This document shows, piece after piece, positions 1-9,965 of a stretch of 16,400 nt of DNA (its first letter is position 1; each line of letters starts with the position of its first letter). Source of the DNA: Ginkgo biloba. Lineage: Eukaryota; Plantae; Ginkgophyta. The position numbers were made by a program, and so were the translations under genes. The notes below the pieces were generated by a model. That model had not been told where the DNA came from, searched no databases, and worked only from the letters and a program-made list of their open reading frames with translations. Location of the stretch: the NCBI GenBank assembly GCA_024626585.2, contig JANKJI020000004.1, positions 48,418,540-48,434,939 on the forward strand, in the 5' to 3' direction.

Positions 1-1680
1 GACTATCCCTGCTCCTAACAATCCAGCATTTTGAAGTCTTGTATATATTGGCACCTCCAGTACTCCAGGGTTTGAAATATAATTATCATGAACTCGCCTT
101 AGGAGGAATCCATTGTTTTATCAATGTTAATGTCTATAACATGCTGGAACAATTCATATTTTTTCCAAATTCTTGCCAAGATCATACATGATCAATGCAG
201 TTATCAATATCCCCTTCAAAACCCTGAACTAAATATCTTTGCAGTATTACTTTAGAATTAAGGGTTTTAAAAAAAAAAATCAACAACTAATGGACAATAT
301 ATATAAACTAAGAAATCTTTTATATCATTTACAGTTGATGGAAAATGCCTTACCCAAAGCACAGTTTAAGTCATATATAAACTGCTTTTGACCATGGGCC
401 AAAGGTTAACTAAATAATTTGGTTTTCTAATGTCCAACTTAGGGTAAAGTTTTCTTTTCAAACGAACATGCCTGGCAGAGCGCAACGTACTCTTTTCTCA
501 AAATCAATTTGCGTTTCAAGCTTTTTCTTGGCCAGACCTAGAATCAACAATTATCAAGAACAATGGTCAAGTGAAGCTCCTACAGGGAATATCAAAAGTC
601 TAAATCCAAAAGATGATTATATTAATGGTGCTGGTAGGAATTTATATCCCTAGACAACCTTCAGGCACAATACACTGCATCGCAATATCATTGGACCTAT
701 CTAAGACCCAATCATAGCTTGCCGAATATCACATGAAATGAGCTCTGCCTGCATGCTTGTCTTTGTTCAGGTATGGAAACATAACAACTTCCTGGCCTGT
801 TGGAGTAATGTCAAGCATATTGTTGAATCTCTAATTTTTTGAATCTAGTCAATTGATGTTGGTAAATTCACAGCAGTGAGCTTGGATTTTAAATGATCCA
901 AGATGGCCCTAATCTGGTTATGGAGGAAAACCAATTGCAATTCACAACTAAAATTGAAGAAAACTCCTCATAACACTACAAGCAAAGCAGACTATCCTCA
1001 CAAACCAGCAATAAGAATAGTCCAAAAACATGTACACCAAACTATGGTTGAATATAGCCAATGGAAACATGTAAAATGTACCATTGGACCGTACAAGGGG
1101 CCTCAAAAGGAGATAGCCTGCTTCTTCTGCGATGAAGCCAACCAACTCTGCCAAAAGGCATTCACNNNNNNNNNNNNNNNNNNNNNNNNNNNNNNNNNNN
1201 NNNNNNNNNNNNNNNNNNNNNNNNNNNNNNNNNNNNNNNNNNNNNNNNNNNNNNNNNNNNNNNNNNNNNNNNNNNNNNNNNNNNNNNNNNNNNNNNNNNN
1301 NNNNNNNNNNNNNNNNNNNNNNNNNNNNNNNNNNNNNNNNNNNNNNNNNNNNNNNNNNNNNNNNNNNNNNNNNNNNNATAGAAAAATAAATAGTTTATTT
1401 GGGGTATGTAGTGAAAATAAAAGGGAGTATCTTATTTTATTTGATTTCTTGTGTCTGCATGTTTCTTCCTAGCCTTTTCTTTTGTGAAAAATGAAAGTGA
1501 AAGCGTATTTTATTTTATTTATTTTATTTCTAGTTTTCACTTTATTTCACACACATCTCGATGTGAGGTGTTCAATGTAACCTTCCAAAGCTATTACCCA
1601 CCCATTATGGGAATAAGGTCACTCTAAGTGGCTATGGTTGGGGGATGACTGAATGAAACAATATTTAATTCTCTTATCAA

Positions 1681-1755
1681 TAGGCTCCATATGTGTCTCA
1701 AGCTCCATATGGACCTCAGGCTCCATATGTACCCCACACACCTTATTTTCCCCAT
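1681..1755 (+). repeat. Degenerate 18-bp tandem repeat reading (Q/H)-(A/T)-P-Y-x-(S/P)
   Basis: taggctccatatgtgtct caagctccatatggacct caggctccatatgtaccc cacacaccttattttccc. Confidence 0.8.
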
Positions 1756-1934
1756 ACTCACAGATTCTCTCATTTGAATGACTATGCAAGTTTCTCCCAC
1801 TCCGCTATCCTAGCAATCGAAGTGTGTAAGCCCACGCATAGGCTCATGCTACTGGCAGTGGGATTATGCATGCACCCTTGATCCTTTATGAATAGGAAAA
1901 AGGCCTATCTAGGCAGCTATTGGTGTCCTCCATT

Positions 1935-2095
1935 ATTCTAAACAAACGGATATCTTAACATTGTACTTGTCTTGCAAAGCAGTCGAATAAAAACTTGAGT
2001 CCCATTAATTCATGAACATGTATTAGGCCTTCAGATGAACTTGAGATGTAAATGCACAAGGCGCCACACCCATAGACCTGTAAACAGAAAAAGTG
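1935..2095 (-). other. Candidate 3' splice acceptor (tttttctgtttaCAG|GT at 2078/2077) and non-coding terminal exon
   Basis: A polypyrimidine tract plus TACAG|GT consensus is followed by UTR-like sequence with no recognisable ORF. The exon end is not defined. Confidence 0.4.
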
Positions 2096-3514
2096 ATCTT
2101 TACAAATGCAAGGCAGTGAAACAGTAAAAAGCAGCATATCCAATGGTTCCAGCCACAGTTTCAACAAGGCACAATTTCAAGTTAGAAACATTATGTTACA
2201 TGCCATAACCCACTGAGATTAGTTTAAAAGACATTTAATAATAAGCTGATTGACAATTGAAATTTTAAGAGGCCAAACTTCCGTCCACTGTTTCATAGGT
2301 TTCAATCCTGATAGAAAGACATTTTAGAATCATTTCACTAGAAAGATATGTTTTTGTATCAAAGTATAATTACAACTATGCTTTTAACCTCCAGTACCAA
2401 AGCAAAGTGTATAGAATCTAAAACAACAAAAACCACCACTAATGGAAGGCATAAGTGAGTTGTTGTCAACAAGCACTCAACAGAATTATTCAAAGGATAT
2501 TATAGGAAAAAAAAGTTCTGCAGAACAAGAAACATTACCAAAACAAAATCACGTGAATCATTTTGAAATGGACACATGGAAAGGGAGAGTGTATAATATG
2601 GTCTCGTCTCAAAAGGAAGCATAAACACTGGAAAATTGCTCATTTGGTGATGAAAATGGTCCACAAGTTTCATCTTTTGATTCTTGTCATTTGTGCCATG
2701 ATTTTCAGGTGATAATACTTAATAGTCAATGACTAAACTGTTGTAAAAAAAGGTAAATCAAGGGAAAGCTTCCATGTGGGCCACTTTGACGTTGTTTAGT
2801 CATATAGTAGAACTTCAAATCATGCTAACATGAATCATCAAGACTTAACATTTACTATAGATTTCTGAGTTCATTGTAAGACGACATTATATAAATTAAG
2901 CCAGTTCTGTTTTTCATAACAGAATCCCAATTCTGCAAATAGAAATAAAACAGAGGGCTTGGGATTTATGTTTATCAGTTGCAATACTAGGATTCTTATA
3001 TTAGTAGACTAGTATTCCTCTGTTGGTGTCGAAAACTGGATAGGGTCAATGTTTGGATAATTATGCAAGCCCTTAGTATTTATTAGTATCTGAAAGTGGC
3101 TAGGTTCAAATACTGATATAATCACACGAGCCCTTACTGCCTGCGTAAATCCTCGCAAAAGTGTTTGGCTACCTCTGGTTATGATCAATTCACATCAACC
3201 TCTAACTACACTTGCTTTTTTGGTTTAAAGTAGAGGACTTTATTCTATTGCAATTCTTATACCCTAGGCCTACATCTGGTTGAAAATGGAGTACTTTATT
3301 CTATTGGTAATCTTATTTCACTTCCAAGTACAAAAGGATTTGGTTGGGAACCAGCTCTTGGGGAATAATGCAAGCAAGCAAATTACCATCCTTTGTGAAT
3401 TCCCTTGTTGTACCTTTTTCTTCAGACATGAAACAATGATTCACACTCCTCTTGACTGTCTGAATATTTGTATTTGTCTTCAAATGCTTTGCTCTTGATG
3501 TTGTTGTCTACCAG

Positions 3515-3956
3515 ATGGAAAACAGTCAAACTGCAAATTTAAGGAGGGGACGAATGCATCTTCTGCAAATGATGATTTGCTTGATGATAGGATTGCATAT
3601 CCTCTTACTGTTTGAGTCACTCCTACTGGAGTTGTTCAGCAACCCCAAGTTACAGCTTCCAGATTGATCTGAAAATCTGCAGGTAAACCCTTTATTTGTC
3701 AAACGCTTCAAGTAAGTTTCCAAGTTCTTGTTTTGTTTCATATGTTGTCAAGCTTGAACAAGTTGTTTAGTTTACAGTTTCTCCCATGAGGCAGGAACTT
3801 CAATTCTAATACCAAAGTTATCACTCAAATGCTAATAAGCAACCCTTAGTGGCTATTACTGATCTGTTAGAGTCCACCCTTGAATCCCCACGCTAGAAAA
3901 TGATGCCAGGCCTTCGGCATCATGGATTCCATTTCTCCATTTGGAGAAACCATCCA
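3515..3956 (+). pseudogene. Decayed spliced gene fragment (exon 3515-3682, intron 3683-3777, exon 3778 to gap), antisense to the 7TM gene
   Basis: Acceptor tgttgttgtctacCAG|, donor CAG|GTAAAC, second acceptor tttagtttaCAG|. The first exon is 168 nt (phase 1-1). The spliced frame DGKQSNCKF..DDLLDDRIAYPLTV*VTPTGVVQQPQVTASRLI*KSAVSPMRQELQF*..LESTLESPR*K has four stops, each compatible with a C>T change. No homologue was recognised. Confidence 0.4.
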
Positions 3957-4056
3957 NNNNNNNNNNNNNNNNNNNNNNNNNNNNNNNNNNNNNNNNNNNN
4001 NNNNNNNNNNNNNNNNNNNNNNNNNNNNNNNNNNNNNNNNNNNNNNNNNNNNNNNN

Positions 4057-4153
4057 TTTCCACTGTCCAAAACCACTTTGACTGAAATCTGGTTTTCTGG
4101 TTTTCCACTGTACAAAACCACTTTTGACTAAACTCTGGTTTTCTGATTTTCCC
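4057..4153. repeat. 45-46 bp tandem repeat, at least 2 copies, abutting a gap
   Basis: tttccactgtccaaaaccactttgactgaaatctggttttctggt (4057-4101) / tttccactgtacaaaaccacttttgactaaactctggttttctgat (4102-4147) / tttccc. Confidence 0.9.
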
Positions 4154-4182
4154 ACAAGGCACGACTTCTATTGTGACACCAT

Positions 4183-5666
4183 TGTTATGTCCCCATGTTA
4201 AATAATGAAATTATCCAAACACACCTACAGCTAAAAGTACCAAACAAATACATAGCTTAACAAGATAACACCACAAGCAGACATATATCAGACTGAATAA
4301 TAAGAACAATATCCAGTACAATGGCCAAGTATGCATGTAGGCATCTCCACGAGAAGCCCAAGAATTTAAAACTAGAGATCATTACAACTGAAGGTAATGG
4401 TGGGTATTTATATCCCAAGGAATCCTTAAAAGACAATACCCTACATAGCAATATTATTAGACCTATCCTTTGTTGAATGAGAACCTGTCAAGTCCCACAT
4501 ACATAGTTGACATCATTCGATGGATTGAATAGAATGACTGTTTGCCCAGTAAATTGTACAGTGGCATAAACAACGTATATGCCAACGGTAGTCTCTCCAA
4601 TGGTCGGCTGCGGAAAAATACAAAGGTTGCATGATCTGGAGTTTAATATGCGTGCAGCAGAAGCAAAATAAGCAATTTTGAATCACATTCACAAGAGGCA
4701 TTTATATATGAAAAAAAATGCTTTTATTAGAGAAATAGAAATGAGATGTTCTGCAGAGCTTTTGCATCAAGCTTGAATGGGGAATCAATTTCCACAAAAT
4801 TTACAAAGCTTACTATCCCTCACTACAGGACTGATTAGCATAGTTCACAGAATTGCTGCCTCGCACAAGGATGAGATTATAATTTTCATGCTAGAAACTT
4901 AATGATTCAAGAAGAAAGTAATAATTTGGGAATTGGGATCTATTTTTATCTTGTTTGTTGTCTTCAGACTTCTCAATCTTCGCCCAAAATCTTCTGCAGA
5001 ATCCTCGATGCCTCCCTGCCAAGGGGCTCTGCTTGTTGCAGCCTATTGATACTTTTGCTATTAGACCCTGTTAGTAGGATAACTGTGCACGTGGACTCTG
5101 GTGAAGATTTCAACATCAGACAGCACTGTACAGCCATAATGATGCAATTCAGATGCAATAATGATAGAATTTGGCATAATGATGATGAATTATTGTTGTT
5201 GGAACAGATTCCAAGATGCAATCAGCCTATACAGTCAAATTAAAGGATGACATTGCCAATCAGCAGCACTTATTACACAACAGAGATCACATTGAATACA
5301 GACCTGTTATGATGTTGACAAGTATGCCTATGAAGCACATTCAATGCAAGGTTCAGGATGATGTCGGCAGCATTAAATACCGGCAAAATGATGCATTTAA
5401 TGCAGGAAAGGACATAGCATAGGGAATGACATAAGCCCTGGATGATACATTTAATGAAGCATGAAAGTGCATTCAATGCAGTAATGAAGGTGCATTTATG
5501 GCAGAATATTAATTAGGGTTTTAGTGTAATCAATGAGGGAAGGCCTTAGAAGATGTGCCACTTCATATTAGCATTTGTGAAGAGTAAATAACAATAAATA
5601 TGAGAGAGAAAATGTGAGTTAGATGCGAGAACCATGTGCAAATGTCTAAGTTTGGGTGTTGTAACA
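4183..5666 (-). mobile_element. LTR-like remnant (possible solo LTR, about 1.48 kb)
   Basis: The minus strand begins TGTTACAACACCC and ends GGGGACATAACA (TGTTA...TAACA inverted termini). TATAAATA at 4412-4405 lies about 220 nt from the 3' end, and the U3-like part contains motif repeats. No matching TSD (accat vs caaat), so the 5666 boundary is uncertain. Confidence 0.5.
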
Positions 5667-6522
5667 CAAATTGGGAGTCTTTAGCTCAAAATCATGTAAC
5701 GAGAGATCGCCTGTGACTCTCGAGATAGGATNNNNNNNNNNNNNNNNNNNNNNNNNNNNNNNNNNNNNNNNNNNNNNNNNNNNNNNNNNNNNNNNNNNNN
5801 NNNNNNNNNNNNNNNNNNNNNNNNNNNNNNNAATCTGCTTAGCACAATTCCCAGTTTTCAATCATATTTATGTCATACATTGATTTCTTTTGTTATATAT
5901 AGGCTGATGGAAAACTCCTGTTGTTTATAAGTTTTCAACATTCTGACAAGGGGCAAACCTACTTTCTCCCGAGTTGCCAGCTATCAAAAATTTTAAACCA
6001 ACAAGGGAAGGGGTGACCAGGACCTATATGCTTGGTAACTATGTTTAGTATGCTCTAGCAAAGCTTACTAACTATGTTGGACTTCAATTGCACTGCAGGA
6101 CTTACTCCCATGCTTAAAAGCTTTTTGTTCAGAGCAATGCAGCAAAAATCACAGTCCAGTCCCTTAACATAACAGACACATGTTAAATCTGCTCTGTGAT
6201 CAAATTAATATGAAAGGAAGTATACTGATCTCCTCTTCTGTGAGATGCCATTTTTACTGCACCGCCATTATCTACGAGGACTTTTAATGCATAAATCTCG
6301 ATAAAAAGGTGAGCAAATAAACAGCCCAGAAGTTGAAAGAAAGCAAATCAACTGCAAGAATTACTTTTATTTTGAATCTAACACCCCTGATCTTAAATAC
6401 TATGTAGCAGAAGCGCTTAAAAATAGGATTATTGCATATTTCCCCTCAGAAGAAAGGTGTTCAAATCTCTCCTAACAATGGTCCGAAATGATATAACAAC
6501 AATGACACAATATGCTGAAACT

Positions 6523-6531
6523 ACTTACCTT
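6523..6531 (-). other. Consensus 5' splice donor AAG|GTAAGT in the 3'-UTR
   Basis: The minus strand reads ctgaacAAG|GTAAGTagtttc, 163 nt after the stop codon, and is followed by T-rich sequence. Confidence 0.6.
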
Positions 6532-6691
6532 GTTCAGGTAACTTGTATACGAAATCCTCAAAGCAAAATAAAGCATACAGCATCGTTCTGTAACTTGGGC
6601 TGAAAAATCCTCTATATGGAAGCTAACGTCAGACTTAATAAAGATTGCTGGGTATTTTGTTACATTGCATAAAATGCCACAAGTCAAAAAA

Positions 6692-8007
6692 TTACAACTC
6701 AAAATCATCATCTTTGAGGACCTCCTGTGCTGCAGCCTCTTCTTCCTCATCATCCAAAACAAAGTAGGGATTCCGATCTACAGGTCGAAACTTGTAAAAG
6801 GTGAATATGTAGAATGCGAGGCTTACAAATTCTTCTGCACCATTACTCACCCATTTGTACTTGTAAGCTGTGACTGTCGTGAAAGCAAAAACTACAATTC
6901 TTGTGAAGTAAATGTAGCAAACCACGACAGTGTAATATTGTCGGAAAAGGGTCAGCTTTGCCAGGTTCTTTGCTGCCTTCCCATCGGTCTTCGCAGCATC
7001 TTGAAGATTCTTAATAGACCAAACTATGGGGAAAAGGATCGCACAGCAGCAAATGATGTCAACGAACAAAAAAATCTGCCTCCATGTCAGCCAATCTTTG
7101 GTAGAAGGTCCTGTCTCGTCGATCACTACACTTGCAATGTTTGCAAAAACTTGAAGTGGGATCACAATCATAAGAACATTCTTTTCTCTTTCCTGGAGAT
7201 AAGGCTTTAAGAATGACCAACCAGTGCCAATGAGAACAATCACAGTGAAGAGCATGACGCCCTTAAGGAAACCAAACACATAAAAGGNNNNNNNNNNNNN
7301 NCTTTACATATAACTTGTCTTCAGCTTCACAGAGCAAATTAAGTGCTTTGAGAAAAAGTAAGGCACCCATCAAAATATGGATTCTGTGCAAAGTGGCTTT
7401 ATTCTTGAAACATACATAGATCCAAACAAGGATAAAAGCAAGGTATATCAAAAACGCCATAAAATACAGTTTTGGCAACTGGGTCTGCCCTGCTGGAAGA
7501 TAATCTCTTTCACTGCCCTCCATATTATACATGGCCGTGAGAACGTTCATTGAAACTTGAACATGAGAGTGGCAATTAGCAAAGAACAGGCTATACTCAT
7601 TTGCTTCGGTAATAGGAAACGAATGATTATACTTGTAGTCAGCACTTAACTCTTTGAAGGTGAATAATAACTTGACAAAATGATTGGTTAAAACACAGTG
7701 ATTTTGATTTTGCTCTAATTCAACAAGAACTTCTACTAGAGCTTCCTCTGTTGACAGAAAAAATCCCATCGTACCTGGATCTGGATCAGGGCCTGCTTGT
7801 ACAGTTCTGAAAGAAACCTCCGTAACGGAAATCTCAACATGGCCATGGTGGGTGAAGCCAAATTTTTCAAACAGTATCATGGCTCTAGAATCTGATTCTA
7901 TTTTTGCGATCCTGATCTCTGCCAGACAAGGAGTACATTTNNNNNNNNNNNNNNNNNNNNNNNNNNNNNNNNNNNNNNNNNNNNNNNNNNNNNNNNNNNN
8001 NNCCCAT
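6692..8007 (-). CDS. Lung seven-transmembrane receptor family protein (GPR107/GPR108-like; plant CAND6/CAND7-like), about 440 aa, apparently a single coding exon, interrupted by two assembly gaps
   Basis: Joining ORFs 7263..8093 and 6692..7279 gives family motifs: CLA|EIR..MILFEKFGFTHHGHV, NEYSLFFANC, DYLPAGQTQLP, HRIHILM, LNLLCEAEDK, LIGTGWSFLKPYLQEREK, IPLQVFANIA, ETGP..DW, VDIICCCAILFPIVWSI, KTDGKAA.NL.KLTLFRQ, YFTRIVV and the C-terminus DDEEEEAAA..DDDFEL*. Seven hydrophobic segments are present. The likely start is ATG 8007-8005 in a strong context (cagccATGG), followed by a gap covering the presumed signal peptide. Frame breaks coincide with N-runs 7288-7301 and 7941-8002. The start is less certain than the family call. 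Confidence 0.95.
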
Positions 8008-8389
8008 GGCTGAAATCCAAGAGACCCCGATTTTATAGCCTGTTTAGCTAAAACCCAGCAAGCCTCTGCTGTTTGGAATGGCTTTAATATCAATTATTTT
8101 TCCAATATATGGGGGGATTGAAGTGACCAAGTCCGGTTATGCATGAAAATTGAAAAAAACCCAAAAGAAGGTAGATCCAGTTTTCCTCAAATAAAGCTAC
8201 GCCGCAACCAATTTTATCAAGAAAAGTGGTGGGAAGGATCGGAGGCCAACATTAACCAAAATTTGGCAGGTTTTTGAGTGTAGAGTCCGTACGAATCCTG
8301 CATTCGTGTTCACCAAAATAAATTTAAAAAAAAGGGGGGTAAGGTAAGCTGTTGAGAGGGTAGAGCTGTAAAACTACAAATGCCTGTTT

Positions 8390-8465
8390 CTGCTCAGGAA
8401 AATACGACGTTTTTTTCTTCGCCTCGAAGAAACCGGTTCCTATCGAAGCCGAGCTCTTTTATATA
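8390..8465 (-). promoter_or_regulatory. Putative core promoter of the 7TM gene: TATA box TATATAAAA (8465-8457) followed by a CpG-rich stretch
   Basis: The minus strand reads gTATATAAAAgagctCGgcttCGataggaacCGgtttcttCGaggCG. Local CpG density is far above the CpG-depleted background. The box is about 450 nt upstream of the ATG. Confidence 0.55.
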
Positions 8466-8563
8466 CTATTTGCTTTGCATTAAAGCCATTGCTCCCAAGG
8501 CATTCGTTCTACGGCTAATATGCTCTGGGCATGGTGTGTCATTTTAGTGATTTTTAGGTAGAA

Positions 8564-8599
8564 ACTCAGGTTAGCCATGGTACTCAGGTTAGCCATGGT
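8564..8599. repeat. Perfect 18-bp tandem duplication
   Basis: actcaggttagccatggt x2. Confidence 0.95.
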
Positions 8600-9029
8600 A
8601 AACTGCCACGCATCTCTACCGCTAGACCACAACCCAAGTGACAACTTTGTTCTTCACCCACAACCAATATGTAATGCGTGCCTTCATATTATTTATGAGA
8701 AATAGAAAAATAATCATTGAAGGCAAGGCAACCAACCTTATTTTTTTGTAACGAACTTGTTTTGATGGAGGCTAGTCTCATTCTATTATTTTTATGAGTT
8801 GTTTTAATTACTTAATTAGTATGTAGTGTGTATCCTTAACTCGCCAATTTAAGAGTTCAAATAGGAGAGTTATGGTGTGCAAGATTGTTTTATTTCTTAT
8901 TGGTAGTTTCATTTGTAGATCCTCATAACAATAAATAGAGATTGTCATGGATCTAAACTATATGCCATTAATATAAAGGGGTTAGTAGCTTTTTTTTTTC
9001 TTTTTGCCACCTACCAACGTATAGCCTCT

Positions 9030-9067
9030 TACTTATATTATCATACTATACTTATATTATCATACTA
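9030..9067. repeat. Perfect 19-bp tandem duplication
   Basis: tacttatattatcatacta x2. Confidence 0.95.
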
Positions 9068-9441
9068 CATGATATAGTGGACAAGTATGGCATGTACATA
9101 ACATAAAGTAACTCATGAAAAATGAAAAATATAAAGCTCAACAAAGTATCTAGTGGCATGCCACCTACATAAAAAACTTAAACTAGGCATGAACCATCTT
9201 TAAGCATCTTCTCGAAGAGAACAACCATATTAATGCTCAATATCATTTCACTTATAAACTTACTTGTGCATTGATCTAGTTATAGTAAATTCATTTACTT
9301 GTTGCATGTATCTACCAATTTCACAAAATAATATTGTACAAATTTTACATATAATTGCTTATGTGATTTGATGCTTGCTCATTCTATGCATATTGTTCAT
9401 CATCATTTACATTTGTAGAGTCAAGTTAGACCTTTTTAAAT

Positions 9442-9568
9442 CCAATTTACTTAGTTGAAGACCATCAATAAACAAGATAAGAGTATTTTAAAGAAGATAT
9501 GCACTTATGATCATTACTAACTTTTGAGAACCAATAACCAATTTACTTAATTGAAGACATTGAATAAA
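9442..9568. repeat. 31-bp direct repeat, 96 bp apart
   Basis: ccaatttacttagttgaagaccatcaataaa (9442-9472) vs ccaatttacttaattgaagacattgaataaa (9538-9568), 27/31 identical. Confidence 0.75.
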
Positions 9569-9965
9569 TTTATTATGTAAAAAGATAATAAATAACCATA
9601 AATCTTGCTCCAAAAGATATAAAAATCATAGTAATAGTAGAATACACGAAATATATCCATAATATATCAAATATCCACGCATCAAATCCATAATCATGCA
9701 ATATAACACTCAAGAGAGAGATAACACTCTACTATCCGCAATGAAGAGGAAGCACCTGCTTCCTGTAAATTATGAATGCTAAAATAACTTCAACATTCAC
9801 ATGAACATAGAACACCAGATATCCGGTAGAATTGGTCTACCTTCAAACATAAACTCTGCATTAACNNNNNNNNNNNNNNNNNNNNNNNNNNNNNNNNNNN
9901 NNNNNNNNNNNNNNNNNNNNNNNNNNNNNNNNNNNNNNNNNNNNNNNNNNNNNNNNNNNNNNNNN

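Noticed and set aside
1-130. WIPP...NPG on the minus strand, reminiscent of a LINE RNase H start
   Set aside because: The catalytic KLNFDG segment is absent and the motifs are in different frames, so the evidence is too weak.
948-1165. Possible last coding exon (VNAFWQSWLASSQKKQAISF*) or alternative acceptor ttttggcag| at 1148/1147 on the minus strand
   Set aside because: Truncated by a gap, no recognisable family and a weak polypyrimidine tract, so it cannot be supported.
903-1472. ORFs spanning N-runs (also 3856-4162, 5646-5883, 9790-10038, 13490-13777)
   Set aside because: Their length comes from untranslatable N gaps.
4057-4153. CRISPR-like or other repeat-spacer array (also 12949-13122)
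   Set aside because: The units are contiguous or only two copies, there are no unique spacers or cas genes, and the context is eukaryotic.
4902-5476. Short overlapping ORFs of 67-113 aa
   Set aside because: They lie within the LTR-like remnant, are present on both strands and show no protein motifs.
2100-6500. Intronic snoRNA or miRNA
   Set aside because: No convincing box C/D pair with terminal stem and no long hairpin were seen by eye. An Infernal/Rfam scan would be needed to exclude them.
6665-7210. 181-aa plus-strand ORF
   Set aside because: Antisense shadow of the real 7TM CDS, with no recognisable motifs.
8008-8093. N-terminal extension MILKPFQ... in the ORF track
   Set aside because: It starts at a non-ATG codon and depends on the estimated gap length. 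ATG 8007 fits the context and the expected signal-peptide length.
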